Shown here: one piece after another, positions 50,801 to 64,000 of the stretch | How the letters are laid out: each line of letters opens with the position of its first letter | Position numbering within the stretch: the first letter of the stretch is position 1 | Notes under the pieces: model-generated | Told to the model about the DNA's origin: nothing | The model's input: the letters and a program-made list of their open reading frames with translations, nothing else | The model's database searches: none | Made by a program: the position numbers and the translations under genes | From: Massalongia carnosa | Lineage: Eukaryota | Direction: 5' to 3' | Length of the DNA: 64,000 nucleotides | NCBI GenBank assembly: GCA_965645245.1 | Contig: OZ287076.1 | Span: 1,116,001 to 1,180,000, forward strand

Positions 50801-53800
50801 AATCAGCCCTAGAGCTTTCTTGTGCAATCTCTACCGTCTCCTTAAGACTCACTTTAGCATCGAATATTCTAAGTCATTCTTCGTCTGCCTCCGGACCAAG
50901 GGTAGAGAGAGGACAACCCGACCAGCGAGCTTAACACCCTCCTGGTTTAGCGAGACAAAGCTATTCAAACTAGGAACGGCAAAAACATGCCCAGGTATTT
51001 CTGGACCATCACAATACCGGATGAAGTGACTTTCTGATCTCAATCAAAGCATAGTATGAAAATAACTAGGCGTTGCCCATCACAAAACATCCTTAGCGAC
51101 AGCGGCGCCTTATCATACGGATCGCAATCAGAAGAGTCGAATGCGAGCGCTAGATCGACGCGTTGCGATTCTCACTACCTCAAGACATGAAAAATAACCA
51201 GCAGCAAGGTTACACAGATGAGACATGGCATCTTCAAGTAGCTTTGAGTTAGCTAAGTCGGCGGCGTTTTACCACCTAGCCGACTTTCCCTAGTGGTTCT
51301 CAAGATCCGGGGGCAATCATATCGAGATAACACTCAATCTCTTTACAACTTAGTGAATACGTCTACATTATTAAACTTAGCTATTGAGATGATTGACGGA
51401 GGCACCGTGGAACCCGGCGCTGACATGAACGAAGGGTGATTGTAGCTTCCGTGGGCAGATTGCTCACATAGCACTTTCATACCGATCCTATTTCTTTCAG
51501 GATCTATAATTTATTTGGGACTTCGAAGCAGCTAAACTTCATCGCAAGGACCCAAATATACTATGGACTCTTGAGTAGGACCAGGCTAAGAGCATGCCTT
51601 GTACGAACGTATGCACGAGAGATGAAGAAGAGTTGATGCTATCATTGTGGCAGATGCAAATACAGTCTTTAATATAACTGTTGAAAATCATTGAAGTCCG
51701 GCGCGGTATGACGCTTTACTGGGAGCTTCTCAAACCCAAACCTGTCACTACGACATCTTCGCTTCCAAAGACTGCCCGATGAGAAAGAAATAAATTCCGT
51801 ATATAGCAGTTATTAAGCGGTGATCTAACAGATAACGGAGAGTTAAAGGAGCTCAGGAACTACGTTAATCGCACTGAATATGGGTTGCCTGCTCACGGCG
51901 CCGAGGTCATTGGACAGCCCCATGAGACATTTATGACTTTTTGGGCCGGAAATAACTCCGTTCTGCCCTTTTGGGTAAGCTCAAAATCTTGGGCTCGGAA
52001 TCGGTAGAGGATATTGTTACAAGATTTCACAAGACAAGCTATGAATCTTAATATATTCAATATGTTTTCTCCCGCGTGGGAATATCTGGTCCCTGAAGAG
52101 TTAGCTAAATGCGTCCCCCTCATCCTCTCATCGCAAGGGCAGCCCATACATGTTACTGCCATTTCCCAACTATCGGGGCGCGATTTTCCTCTCTTGCTCT
52201 TTCTCCCCCGCCTTAGAGACCCAGCGCCAGCCAACCCTTCGTCCCACCTGGCCTTGGGGCCTCAGACTGGACTTGAATGATACTATTTTCAAATTGCGTT
52301 CCGTATGGAAGTGTTGAGGATGCTAGAGAAGGTAAAGTCAGGGGATATAGTGCCCAAGGGACGCGCGATCTGTGTGAATGCAGGCGATCGCTTGATGCAC
52401 TACTAAATTGGCCTGTTAAGAATATAAGGAGCCCAACGACTTTCCACTGTGGGCTTCATTTACCTTCAAGACGCTACAGCTTCGAGTGGCATCAAATACG
52501 CACATGAGGGCGACATCGAAAGGCAAGCTATTACGGCGACCAACATGGGAACGCGCCAGAACTCTCCAAATTGGAGCTATTTGAAGATTTTCCCCATGCA
52601 AGAGAAAAGTGACCTCCTGCAAGACATGATTTAATAAGCATGAAGATTACAGACACTAAAGGAAGGTGGGGAATAAATTCGTGCTTAAGCACAGCACGAT
52701 TGCCCTATTTAAGTCAGCAGGAGAGGAGATAAAAATAGTGTGAGGCATGGAACATCTCCTACGAAGAGTTCGAGAGGCTTTTCTTTAAAAATCAACAGTC
52801 TGGCAACCTCTCTTCACACTATATATCAAAATTTCTCACTCTCGAATTGGTTTTTTTCGCTATTCGGAAAATGGAACAAAGACTGCCCTGGGTTGCATAC
52901 TTCGCAGATCTTCCTGGTCATGGAAGAGTTGGCGGACCCAATTGAGTAGTACACCATCCCTAGGCAATCTTCAAAGAGTAGATCGCCACCGTAAATGAGA
53001 CGGCGGCTATCCACAAACACGTCAACTGTTCTTTCTCGTCTGGCTCCCTCCATAAGCGCTATGCAAGTTCCTTTCATGCCCTCAATGCGATGAGATTAGA
53101 TTCCTACCATCAACATTCTGGCTGTGGCGGATACCACCGCGGCAGCAACTTACAAACATTTGAACTGACCTTTCGCCTGCCTACCTCACTTTATGAGAAT
53201 CCGGTCAATGCCTGTATGGACAATGCAGCTGATATCGAGTTTACTATCTAAGATGACATAGAATGGCAAGATTCGATCTCGAACCCGTAACTTGCCTCAT
53301 GGATCCCCTGGGCTGACACTTGATGTTGGTGCTGACCGAGTTGAAAATGCTTCCATGCGATGAACCACCGGCACATTTATGAACAAGATGTCCTTCCTCA
53401 TACTTAAATCGACTAAGTACTTGGGGAATGTGATGGATGGACCGATTTTGGGTAAACTCTATATAAATAGATGTCGGTAGCATTTCTATATCCTCGAGCG
53501 TAAAGAATGTTAGGTTACAACTATTCTCGGAATGCCACTGTTAGGGCAAGATGACTAAGACAAGTTATTAATATTCTGCTTCCCTCTCAATATGGAGCGA
53601 TTTGAGGGCGATCCGCCCTCACTTGAACCAAATAAAGTAACCCGACGATTGGGCTAGCGCAAAAACTGTCAAAACTGAAGGAGACCATCAGCTCCGAAAG
53701 TGAAGTAAGCGGCACTTGGAAGAAATGCCAAGGGCTCAGGTGGAGTCTGAATGAATGAGGAATGGGTTCCAGGGTGACAGCGCATGGAAATTCCGTGCAG

Positions 53801-55356
53801 AAGATATACTGAATCTCAAATATATATATAGATAGGCCCCAGGTACGTCCATCAAGACTAGGTAACGAAAGAAGGGGGGGAAGAGGCAAAATCACAAGAG
53901 AAAATCGTGACCATCCCTAAGTCTATGACGATGAACACAAGATTTATGACAACGCCAAACACGCCACCACAACTACCGATTAGGAGTACGAACGCCAATG
54001 TGACACATTTCACAACACAGAAACCACCATTAGGGTGAGGGAGAGGGTAAATGGCTTCAATCCTCAACTGCGGGCGGAGTGCCTAATATTACGGTTAGAA
54101 AGAGTGCAAGGGAAAGGGGCATGGGCCTCAGCCCAGAGTGGTGTTAAGGGGGTCGAAGGGGCCGAGGGTTTGAAGCCCCCGGAGTGCTTAGAACAACACA
54201 GAAAATGACAGGGGAGAGGCTAGGTGCGGGCATTTTTGCTACCTTCGTCCACAGCATCGTATCAAGAGGCCCGTCTCACGAGAAAGGCAGGAAATGGCGG
54301 ATATGCAAAGTGGATCACCAGATCTTGATTTCGAAAGGCGTTCCCCGGGATCACAAATTGCTCGATTAGATGGCTCTTTGTCACGCCTCAGCCGATTCCC
54401 CCCATAGGCTGCCCAAAAAGGAATCTTCCGCTGCTGCGGTGGAATGACCTATGGATCAGCGGGAGGAATATGCACGCCCAAAGGGCGTCCGCTCGGCGGG
54501 CAACTTCCAAGATCAGAAATAGGCAGGCAGCGGCTATCTATCATCCAACAACCTGTGGGGTGGTTTCTTCGAATTGGGAAACCCTGGCTTTCATGGTCGT
54601 TTAGTCGTATTCCCCCCCCCTTACAAGTTCAATACTCAAACTTTCGTAGCCACTTTGGGACGTATATAGGTACCTAGCTGTGCTTTGAGCTGGGGATAGT
54701 ATATACTGGAATTGTAAAAGACGACCAAGGTATACATATACTGAAGGATTGGGGATAGCATAGCTAACTAGATGGATTCATGACGATTTATTCAATAAAG
54801 CTGCCGACCCCTGGAGAATCAGGTAACTGCCATAAACAAGTTTCCAGATGCAGTCGTCTTTCCGGCCTGTTAACTATCGGCTCATGCCGACAACAAGCTT
54901 TTGGAACCCCTAACCAGATCCTTTAAGCTAAACCTTTAAGGCAAAGCGTGTACCTTGACCTAATCACAGACTTAAATCGAAAATTCACCGATTTTTGCCA
55001 CATGACTGATCTTTTCGATGTCAAACCGCTGAGGTTCGTAGATAAGACACCATATATAACTGATAATAAACATCAAAGCTTTCGAAGGATTTCTCTATAG
55101 ACGTTGGTGTAGGCTTTCTCACAAGTGTATCCTATATGGCGTTGATGGTATGTCTGGAGTAGCGTAAATTAGCATTATGCTATTAAGTTTCGGAGCAGAA
55201 AGCTATCTAGTTCGGTATTCGTCCACCCATCCCTAAAGATTCTGTACCGAACCTACGAGCTCGACGTCTTCACGCCAACCCAGCAAAGCATCCACCTTCA
55301 GCCCTCAATAGCACATGGTCCTCCCCGCTCCACCCGCCAATTACCAATCGAAATGA

Positions 55357-58127
55357 CTATGACATCCTACCGAACCGCTCTTTGGCCTTGTCCTTGTTTT
55401 TCTCCAAAAAGCCACCATATCCCCCCTTGGTATTCCTGTCCGCCTCCTCGGCTGCGTCGCCAATTTTGCCACCCTGTGCCCCCAGCCCAACGCCTTGAAC
55501 GTACATGTCCGTGGTGACCGGCGCGATCATCCCGGTGCCTTGAGCGCCCAAGCCCTCGCCTGCAGACCAGCCCATCTTGCCCAGGAGCGCAGCGCCCTTC
55601 GAAGGCGGAGGTACTATGTCGGTGTCTTTGTCATCCTTGGCATCATTATCGTCTGATTGACCAGGAGCCTTCTTTAATGGGAGGGATATTTTTTTAGAGC
55701 CACCAAAAGCGGCACGGCGTTCTTTGGCACGATCCCGATATTCCTGACTTTCTTCCTGTGGGATTGTTGGAATACCTGCCTTGAGCATTTTCGCTTCAGC
55801 TTTGGACACTAGTTCTTCATTCTTTAGATTGTCCCGGTGGAGTTGGCTGAGACGCTCGTGCTTATTGACTTCGGCTTCGGTCTTGAACTGGCGGGAACAT
55901 AAGTAGCAGCATTTCTTGTTAAGGTCGGCATAAGTTTGTATTGGTGTGCTGTTTTCGCGTGGGTTTGGTTTTGAAAAGCTTCCATCATCTGAGACATCGT
56001 TTGGCTTGAGCTGCTTCTCCACGGGGCTGTTAACTTTGACGCCGTGAAGTTCGGCGTGGCGGTTGCTCCAAAACTGTAAATGAGCCGGTGCAGCCTACCA
56101 ACATGAGCACATAAATTATATTAAGGATAGATCACGTACCTTCTTCTGCTTGGTTACGTCACTCGTCTCGGCCTTTCGTTTCTTCACCTTAGCTTCAGAC
56201 TCCTTTCCTGGTTTTAAGAGACCTTCATTTTCCGCAGCAGCTGCTGCACGATCTGAAGCCGATTGAAACTGCTGCTCCTTGGCCGGGGCAGTCTGTTTGG
56301 GAGTGGAAGATGATACCACCAATTCACTTGCCCATGCCTGTTCGTCCCAATAGGCGAGTTTAGTCGCAGAGTTTCCAATGGGGCTAAACGTAAATTTTTG
56401 CGAAGTTTCGCTTGAGCTAAATACTGGCACAAAAACACCGGCATGGACGTAGTTCGCTGTAACCGGTTTCGAGGATATTGTGAACTTCTCAAATGAATTA
56501 AAGCGAGTCAAAGCAGCTTGGGCGTCCTGTAGAGCTAGTCAGCTAAAGCCAAGTTATCCCAAAGCCACTCCTTACGTCGACGGTACCGAACTCGGCAAAG
56601 CCATAACGCCAACTTTCGTTGCTACGCCTATCCCTGATAAGAAGCACCCTGCGAAGACTACCATCTTTGGCACCTAAATTGGCATCACCAGTGGTTGACG
56701 CAACTTTGGCATTGTTTTTCTTCGAGGTTGACATACTGGGGGATGGTGACCTTTTGCGGGGCTTGTAGAGCTTTGTTACGCCCTTCGCTAAAAGATCTTC
56801 CGTCACCGTAGGCTCCAAGCCTCGAATGAGTAGGAATTGCGAGGGAGTTCCGTTGGGTGAAGCATCACTGTCACCAATATTTAAATATTCCGAGGGCTTT
56901 ATCGCAGCTGTAAGACCCAAAGCGGTCATGTCTACAACTAGTAAGAGAAGCCTCTGAATATTCTTATTCTAAACATACCAATTTGAGGGCTTTGACAACG
57001 GAAACACTTAACTCGACCTGGAAAGTTGACAGAGGTGCACTACTCGTACGTTAGTTGAGCTATTGGTTGCAGGATACCCAAGATACATACAATTTTACAG
57101 GTCCATTCCCCTTCAGCTTTCTCGCCTCGATTTCGATCATCTCTTTCACGGCTGTACGCAAGTCGTACTTTAGCTGCTTGATCGTCACTGTCTGTTGAAC
57201 CATTTCCATAGAGATATATCATCGGGAAATTGGTCTCAACAAAAGCTTTTGATTTCTCCAGATTAGGAAATCGCAGAAACCCAAACCCTCGAGACACCTC
57301 TTACACTTAATTAGATACTAGATGCGGAATGGCGGTACATAGCACTTACTAGTCTGCCGATCTCGGATAATTCGCACATCGTCAAGCTTTTCGACATGGT
57401 GATATTGCTTTAGTTCTCTTGAGATCTGTGAGGCCAAAATTTGGTAGGCTTAGCTAGAGTTCGATACGCGTTTGAGAACACTTAGGCTCTTAGAGGTTGA
57501 ATGTAATGGTTCGGGCATCGAAGGTTAACTGGATGGGGAGGTGATGGCCAACGTCGTCTTCTACCATGTCCAGCGGTAGCCCTTCCAATATAACTTCCTT
57601 GCTCGGAGGTCCCCCAAAATATGGTGATCGAGCTCTTTGTGGACTTCGAGTCCTGCTTCGACTATTGTGGCCAGGCAAAGTATAGCCTTCCCGGTCTCGA
57701 TCTCGATAGGTTCCTCTGCTTCCCCTCCTTGGTGACGAAGAGCGTTCGCGGTATGAACGATCATTATCTCTAATGCTGTCTCTCTCTGCTCTAGCTCTCC
57801 AGTCCCTAGGGCTGAAGGAATCTTGGCCGCCTGCTCTGCTTCCATCAGGATAATTTCTGTAGCGGTCTTTCCAAAACGATAATTAGCAGACGCGCAAGGT
57901 GATAGGTTTAAGTTTCCTGTTTATGGTTTACCATGCGGAGATGCATATCGTCTAGGTGGAGAAGGACTTTGCCGATTTTGGTCCCTTGAATCTGGGTGAT
58001 GGTAGGCATCCTCATACATCATCCCCTGGCGATTATCTCGACTTCTTGCTTGATGAGGTCGAGAGTTATCATAAGGTATGAAGTTCTCCGCATCAGGTCG
58101 TCGATTAGAGGCCATGGAATTACTCAT
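55357..58127 (-). CDS. RBM5/RBM10-like RNA-binding splicing factor (RRM, RanBP2 ZnF, RRM, C2H2 ZnF, G-patch)
   Basis: Multi-exon. Motifs SRGFGFLRF (RRM1), GEWTCKI..CFRCQ (RanBP2 ZnF), LLIRGL..SWRYGFAEF (RRM2), CYLCSRQFKT..HERLSQLH (C2H2) and KGAALLGKMGWSAGEGLG..GLG (G-patch). Confidence 0.88.
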
Positions 58128-58500
58128 GATGGACGATGTACTTTTACCACTGCATCGGACAACTTTGCAAAGTTACGAAAGGAAAGTGAGATGAAAGTCG
58201 GATATTGTATATTGAGTATGAATAGGTATTGCTAGTCCCTCTTTGGAAGGTTGATATAACGAGCTCACGTGCTCACGTTTGTTTCCGGCATGCTCAACAA
58301 TTAAGTCACCACGCGAATGTACAATAATGACTCTTACAACACCATTTCTTTATCTTCTCTAAAATTTTGCAAGATAGTGCTTCAATCAAGTTTCATCACA
58401 TTCTCATTTCATCGATATATCTTCTCTCTGTTGCTGCGTTTTTGACCTCTTGTTTTTTGAAACTCATTAGCTATCTGAATGATACCCTCTGACATCAAAC

Positions 58501-59174
58501 ATGGCTTCATCCAACGATCTACTTGATATTGCCAACTCCCTTGCAAAGTTGACCCCAGCTCCCGCATCTGAAAACAATGATACTATTCCCATTCAACCTC
58601 TCATGTCTGAAGCTGATGCTGAACCCCTCTTATCCGACTCCTCCACCCCCCCCCACAAGCCCCCAAACTCCTCTCCAAAGCTCGGGCCAAAAAAGCCCGC
58701 AAAGCCCGCCAGCAAACCCTTCCCAGCTCACAACCGCGCCACCGGCCCCTGCGCCCTGCAAAGGACATCCTCTCCCGCATCCGGCACGACCCAGCGCTTG
58801 ATAACGCGGAGTTCATCGTAGGCTACCACGATCGGCATGCCGATGTGATGGAACTTCCGGTGGCGGCGTGGAAGGGAGGAGGGGACGTTACGGAGGAGGA
58901 ATTCATACCGCAGCATCGAATATTGTGTTTTCGGCGGAAGGAAAATGGGGTGAAGATGTGGGATCGAAAGGAGAAGGTGGATTTGCTGTTTGGGAGTGGA
59001 TATGGGGCTGGGAAGGTGGCTCTAGATAAGGGGGAAGGGAAGGAATTGAATGAGGCTCCAGCGCAGGGTGAACTAGAGGGTGGGGTTGAGAACAAGGATG
59101 AGGAAGTCATAAGTGATAATGTGGAGGAAGATTTAACGGACGAGGAAGAAGAGAAGGCTAACCTTCGTGAATAG
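58501..59174 (+). CDS. MJ1316/DUF504 domain protein with an apparent 1-nt frameshift in a C9 run
   Basis: A second frame, open from 58623, reads LRPAKDILSRIRHDP...FIVGYHDR...IPQHRILCFRR...WDRKEKVDLLFGSG, the MJ1316 signature. It joins the ATG at 58501 if the C run at 58646-58654 has 10 C. Confidence 0.75.
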
Positions 59175-60462
59175 TCAATGGCCAGAGAGGACATAGGGCA
59201 ATGAGGTACCCTAGCATAGGATACTTAGTCTTTTGCTAAGTAGACTTGATTTCTGGGCGTATTTCAAACCAATTTGGACCACATAGCGAGTCTACATTGG
59301 AAAAAACCGGGAGACTTCTTGAGATGGAGCTAGAAATGAAACGCCCTAAGGAAAGGCCACTGGCAACTTTGTTGCAACGACTCCAATGCTGGATACTCAA
59401 GGGTAAAGTTTTGAATGGTCTCCATACGATGGAAGGCTTGGCATCAAATAACATGGCTACTCGCTCGTTTGGTGAATTTGTGACATGCCTCTTCCTTTTT
59501 CAATCTAGTCTCGCGATCCTACTTAGTTTCTTTAAGGATATCGACCCTTAATCGGCTGATTTTTTGACACGTTGGTGAAAGCACTGTTCACCCTCGAGAT
59601 AGCCTTCACGATCCAGTTTCCCATGTAACGAATATTGGAAGTTTTAACCCCGTGAAATTTCTTATGCGAATGCAAATATACCTAATGTCTCGGTGAAGGT
59701 ATATGCATGTCCATGAACAGTACGGACTCCAGGACTAACCCAAACGCTTCCTTGACGTTTTGGCTGAATTGCCAATTGCCATAGAAATTTTGTGCTCTTT
59801 CTCCCAAAGGCCAGCGGTCATTGTGACGCTACATGGGTGTTATAATGATGCTACATTTTAGCGCTGTCCATCGTCGCCGCTGTTCCCATGACGGAGGAAA
59901 GAGTTGTAGAATGTTTTTATATAGGCGAGTTTTCAAGGTAGAGCGAAAGGCTAAATTGCTGGAGGGGTGAGCGAGGTAGGTCTGTGGGTTTCCCGTCGTG
60001 ATCTATATCTAAACTTTTAGCGAACTAAGCCATGCGATGAAGAGATAAGAGGAAAAGGAGTTAAGAGCTGAAACGCTCACCCTGCATGTGAGAGAAGTTT
60101 CTTCATGACATGGTAAAACCCTAATGAGTGGGGTTGGAAGTTGAAAGGCAGAGTTATGAGGGAAAATAATAGGAAAAGTCTATAACTCTTCCAACGTGAT
60201 TAGGATGAGCAGGAAGCCGACAAAAGACGGAGAGGCAGAAAAGCCCCTAGGGAAGAAAATAGAAAAGAGCCCTGCGGTCAGCTCAATCGTGATAGAGCAA
60301 ATCATAGTTCTCCAAACCTACATGCTAACCTGGACAAACAAGTAAGCACGAAGGTTTTAAATACGAAACCCGGGTATAAGTAATCGATCCGGCCTGGGAT
60401 TTCGTTATGCAGCCCCTCCATCCTATACATGCCTTAAAGCCAAAAATCCCCCATGGGCCCCC

Positions 60463-62614
60463 CTAAGAAATAGCTTCAGCCTTGGCCAAATCAGGATAAA
60501 GTCCATGACTGGGCTCGTTTACGTTCGGCTCCATCCCTCCCTCTCCCTTTTCTCCTTCGCTCCTATCAAACCCCACAATCTCCCCATCTTCTTCATGCCC
60601 ACGCACGCTATTGTCCCCATCTCCGCCTTCATATTCGCCATTTTCGACCCGATGGCGAATCCAATCACGTAAATTTTCAATCGTTCGCACAATCCCTACC
60701 CACACCTCATTGGCCTTGATATCGCGCTCCTCTAGCTCTCCGGACAAGGGGCGGAGGGGCACCATGGACACGTCAGAGAGAGCAGGATCAATCATCGAAT
60801 CCGAGAGTTCGGGGCGAGCCTGGGGCTGCAGGGTGTTGGTAAAAGATGAGCTGAATGTGCGGCTGTTCTTGGAGTTAACGACGTTGCTGTCGTTGGAGGA
60901 TGTGTCCATATAGTCGGTGTTGTCGTTCCGCATTTCCCTCTGCAACGCATGTGCATTACTCTCTTGGGTAACGTGAGAAGGACGGGCTCTTTGAAGACGG
61001 CCACCGCGCATGCGACGATAATCGTCGTCATGGAATTGTGCGCCTAAGGTAGAGGTAGGAGCTATGCTTGAAGGGAAATAATCATTCGCAATGGTTGCGG
61101 AGTTGGTGCTTGGTAGAGTCGGGTACATGGTTGTGGTGCTGGCGGGCGACCTAGCTCCATTTGATTGAAGCGATGTGGGAGAGCGGGCCGAGGTATAGGA
61201 TTGGGTGCTTTCTGTAGGAGTTAAGGCTGGTGGGCTTTCCCCATTGAGTTGCGAAGTAGCCACGGTGGCGGGAGATGCTGATGTGGCGTTGGCATATTGT
61301 GACGTTGGTATTTGAGTTCTGGGCGGAGTGACGCTATGGCGATATCTGATACCGCTCTGAGGAAAATACGCGTCAGGCTGCGCCACTTGAGCGACTCCAG
61401 CTGCAGCCATCTGGTTTGGACGATCGTAAATGGTAGCTTGAGCTTGTTCCATAATCTGATCGATGGCTAAAAGGTCACTCTTGGTCCTAAGATTATCTAG
61501 CCCTGGAAGCTGATATTGAGCGGTTGATGCATAGGCTCCAACTTGCGGGCCTCCCCCACTCATAGAGCCTCCTCCAGTGTGGTAGTCAGCCATTCCTCCG
61601 TTGCTCAGGAGTGGCAACTGGCCGGCTTGGATAGCCATGAGACGACTCTCGACCTGAGGATATGACTTGGGGTCAAAAAGCCCGCGCTGAGTGTCATAGT
61701 AAAATGTATTTAGGGCATTAAGGCTATTATTGCGTATGTCCATGGTGGTGTGATTTCCCCCATCACCTCCTTGATTCGCAGGGTAGTATACATGGCCATA
61801 TGTGGATCCATGCTGGTGTTGTGTAGGTCCGTAGTACCCTTGCGAATTGTTAGGGACTTGATGGCCATAGCCCATATGAGTGTGGGCTTGCATCGGATGC
61901 TGCTGTTGTTGATCGCCGTAATAACCAGCCGCTATAGTGGCAAATGCTTGCAAGTCAGCTATCAGATCTGAAGCATGCAAGGAAGAATACAATTGAACTC
62001 CCGAAGGCTGTTAAAGAGAGGCCATGCTACTTACGCTTGTGCTGGTTGCCAAGATTGAAATGGCCGTTCTGGTTGGCATGATTCCCGTTTTGCGGGTCTG
62101 TAGAGCGCACAAGCACCGTGTCTTCGGCATGTGTCTTTACATGCTTTTTCAAATCTTGAGGCCGTTTGAAGGCCTTTCCACAAAACTCACAGCGATGTGG
62201 TTTCAGCGGGACATGGACGCGAATGTGCGAGGTAATATGGTCACGTTTGATAACCCGTATTTGACAATTGCCCCATGCACAGACGAGATTCAGGTTGTTC
62301 GTGCTTTTACGCCCGATGTGAGTATCACATACGTGATCCTGTAAAACAGTTCAGTTCCATCGTTATATTGTTAGTAGCCAGTTATTGTGCGATCTGTGTC
62401 TTACATAAAGCACCTCGGGGGTCTCCACCCTCTTCCCACAACCCGACCATTGACAGACATAGGTGTCGTTACCGTTGCTAGGAAGCTGGGCAACGGATTG
62501 CTGTGGATGAAGGTGATGCTGTTCAGTAGGAATCGTAGTGGGCTGGCCTAGATCATGGTCTTGGCTGCCGCCTTGGCCGCCTTGGCTTGGAGTGTCTACT
62601 TGGTGAGAGGACAT
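60463..62614 (-). CDS. pacC: pH-response C2H2 transcription factor PacC/Rim101
   Basis: Three zinc fingers: [73 protein letters not shown]. YPxL motifs MYPTL and LYPDL. Two introns. Confidence 0.95.
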
Positions 62615-62672
62615 TATCGATAAGAGCGCGACGTCTGGTCACGAGATCTAAGAATCTTTTGCAGGTAAGGAA

Positions 62673-63311
62673 GCCAAGACGGGTAAAGTTTGGATTTTGA
62701 TTTGTATTCACAAGCCCTCAACACTTTTTGAAGCTGGTGCGTGAAATCAAGGGAGAGAAATTATCGTGAGAAAACTCTGTCCCACATCAGAGTTCTCTTG
62801 TACCCTTGAGAGGGAAGGTGCACAGATTTGCAAGGTACGGTCAAGCGGGTGAAATTACAGTTTTCGAAAATGTGCCTTTTTCCGTGGTTTTTTTTTTCTT
62901 TTCCGACTGGCAGTAGAGCAACGACTCGCTACTTAAGTTATCCTCCTTCTGCCCAGTAAAGAGCTGTTCAACAGACTGGCAGCACAAACATCATCCCATC
63001 TTCCTCCCTTCACCTGTCTACACGTTTACACAGCCCCAATCATGAACGGGTAGTAGTTATAGAGCATGCGATGATGATGGTAAATCCGCCTTGGTCCGAC
63101 CCCTGTGACCCCGTCTATAGCGAATCACAAGCGGATGTGACAAAATGCCAAGAAAAGTGGAGGGCTTGGCAATGCGGGCGACGGGGTTTGTCCGACAGGT
63201 AAGAGCCAAGCGTTTTCTCACCCGTGAACCCTCCCTAAACATGCCGAGAAATCCCGCCCCATGTCTCACTCTGCTAATTTTGGCGGAAAGTCTTGGAGAC
63301 CAAGCGCCAAG
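62673..63311. promoter_or_regulatory. Cluster of PacC consensus sites (GCCARG) upstream of pacC
   Basis: GCCAAG at 62673, 63147, 63205 and 63306, and CTTGGC at 63165. Four of the five fall within 165 bp. Confidence 0.7.
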
Positions 63312-64000
63312 AAATTCCTATCGTCGTCGTCCTTTTTGCCATCCTCATCATCACCTTCTCGCTGCTGAAATATGTGCTCCCCGCAACCTTGATCCATACA
63401 TAACCTGTGCCGAACCCACTTCTCAGGCCTTTCTGGTTCTTGTTCGCCTCGTCTTCACGTACCCCGAGCTATAACAACACGTGAGTGTGATAGCCACTTG
63501 AGGTCTTAAGTTTCGAGATTTAAAATTTTGGTTAGTAAAGATGGGCCACATTCGACGTCAGCTCAAAAGCATGTCAATACCGATATAGAACTCATAAGCT
63601 CATAATTTCAGCCAATGGAGCACCACAATGCCACCATCGTTGCTTCTGGTCCTGACTACCCTTACTATTCCAGCAAATAGTAACTATTTGACCGTTGCCG
63701 CCACATGTGGTGTTATCATGGAGTCAATACTATTAGTTCTTTCATCCTGCTCCCTTGGTCCCTAAAGTTTTTTTAAGGAGTCATTATTTGCATATCTTTG
63801 AATTTCTACCTACTGCTGTGCCCATTCACGCACATCATCCTTTACATGAGCCGAGCGTTTTTTCCGTGACAAACTCTCAAAGAAGCTTGCCTAAACAAGT
63901 GTGTCGTAAACGTTAGCATTCGCAGCGTTTTTCAATTGAACTCTGAAGCCTTGCTGCCAATGTCATGGTACGAGGCGAGTGACAAAATTTCTCAACATCA

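Noticed and set aside
54140..54190. GGGGGTCGAAGGGG...AGCCCCC hairpin-like motif suggesting a rolling-circle element end
   Set aside because: Imperfect, with no associated Rep/helicase, terminal motif or second copy in the window.
1..64000. rRNA, tRNA genes or CRISPR arrays
   Set aside because: None recognised by eye in this eukaryotic sequence; a tRNAscan/Infernal run would be needed to exclude small RNAs.

Overview
A 64 kb window from a filamentous ascomycete (Pezizomycotina) genome, judged from short GT-AG introns with CTRAY branch sites and the gene content. From left to right it holds the 3' end of ku80 and then a three-exon gene that the ORF track largely misses. That gene encodes a secreted, Kex2-type processed polyprotein with seven 4-cysteine modules sharing an invariant C-x12-C-x-C core, and it is the most novel-looking item here. 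Next is a complete Fusarium-type carotenoid/retinal/rhodopsin cluster (carX, carRA, carB, carO), with a decayed Fot1/pogo transposon inserted about 90 bp upstream of carB. An accessory stretch follows, with a probable P450 relic and a divergent gene pair: a frameshifted PD-(D/E)XK-like nuclease and a casein kinase I paralogue split by an intact Tigger/pogo-like transposon. Core genes come next: a Ser/Thr-rich single-pass membrane protein, an ING/PHD protein, a QIP-like exonuclease, dbp8 and an FHA-forkhead factor. After a ~9 kb gene-poor stretch with relics are an RBM5/10-like splicing factor, a frameshifted MJ1316/DUF504 gene, and pacC with clustered PacC sites upstream. Gene models were assembled by hand and no database searches were run.
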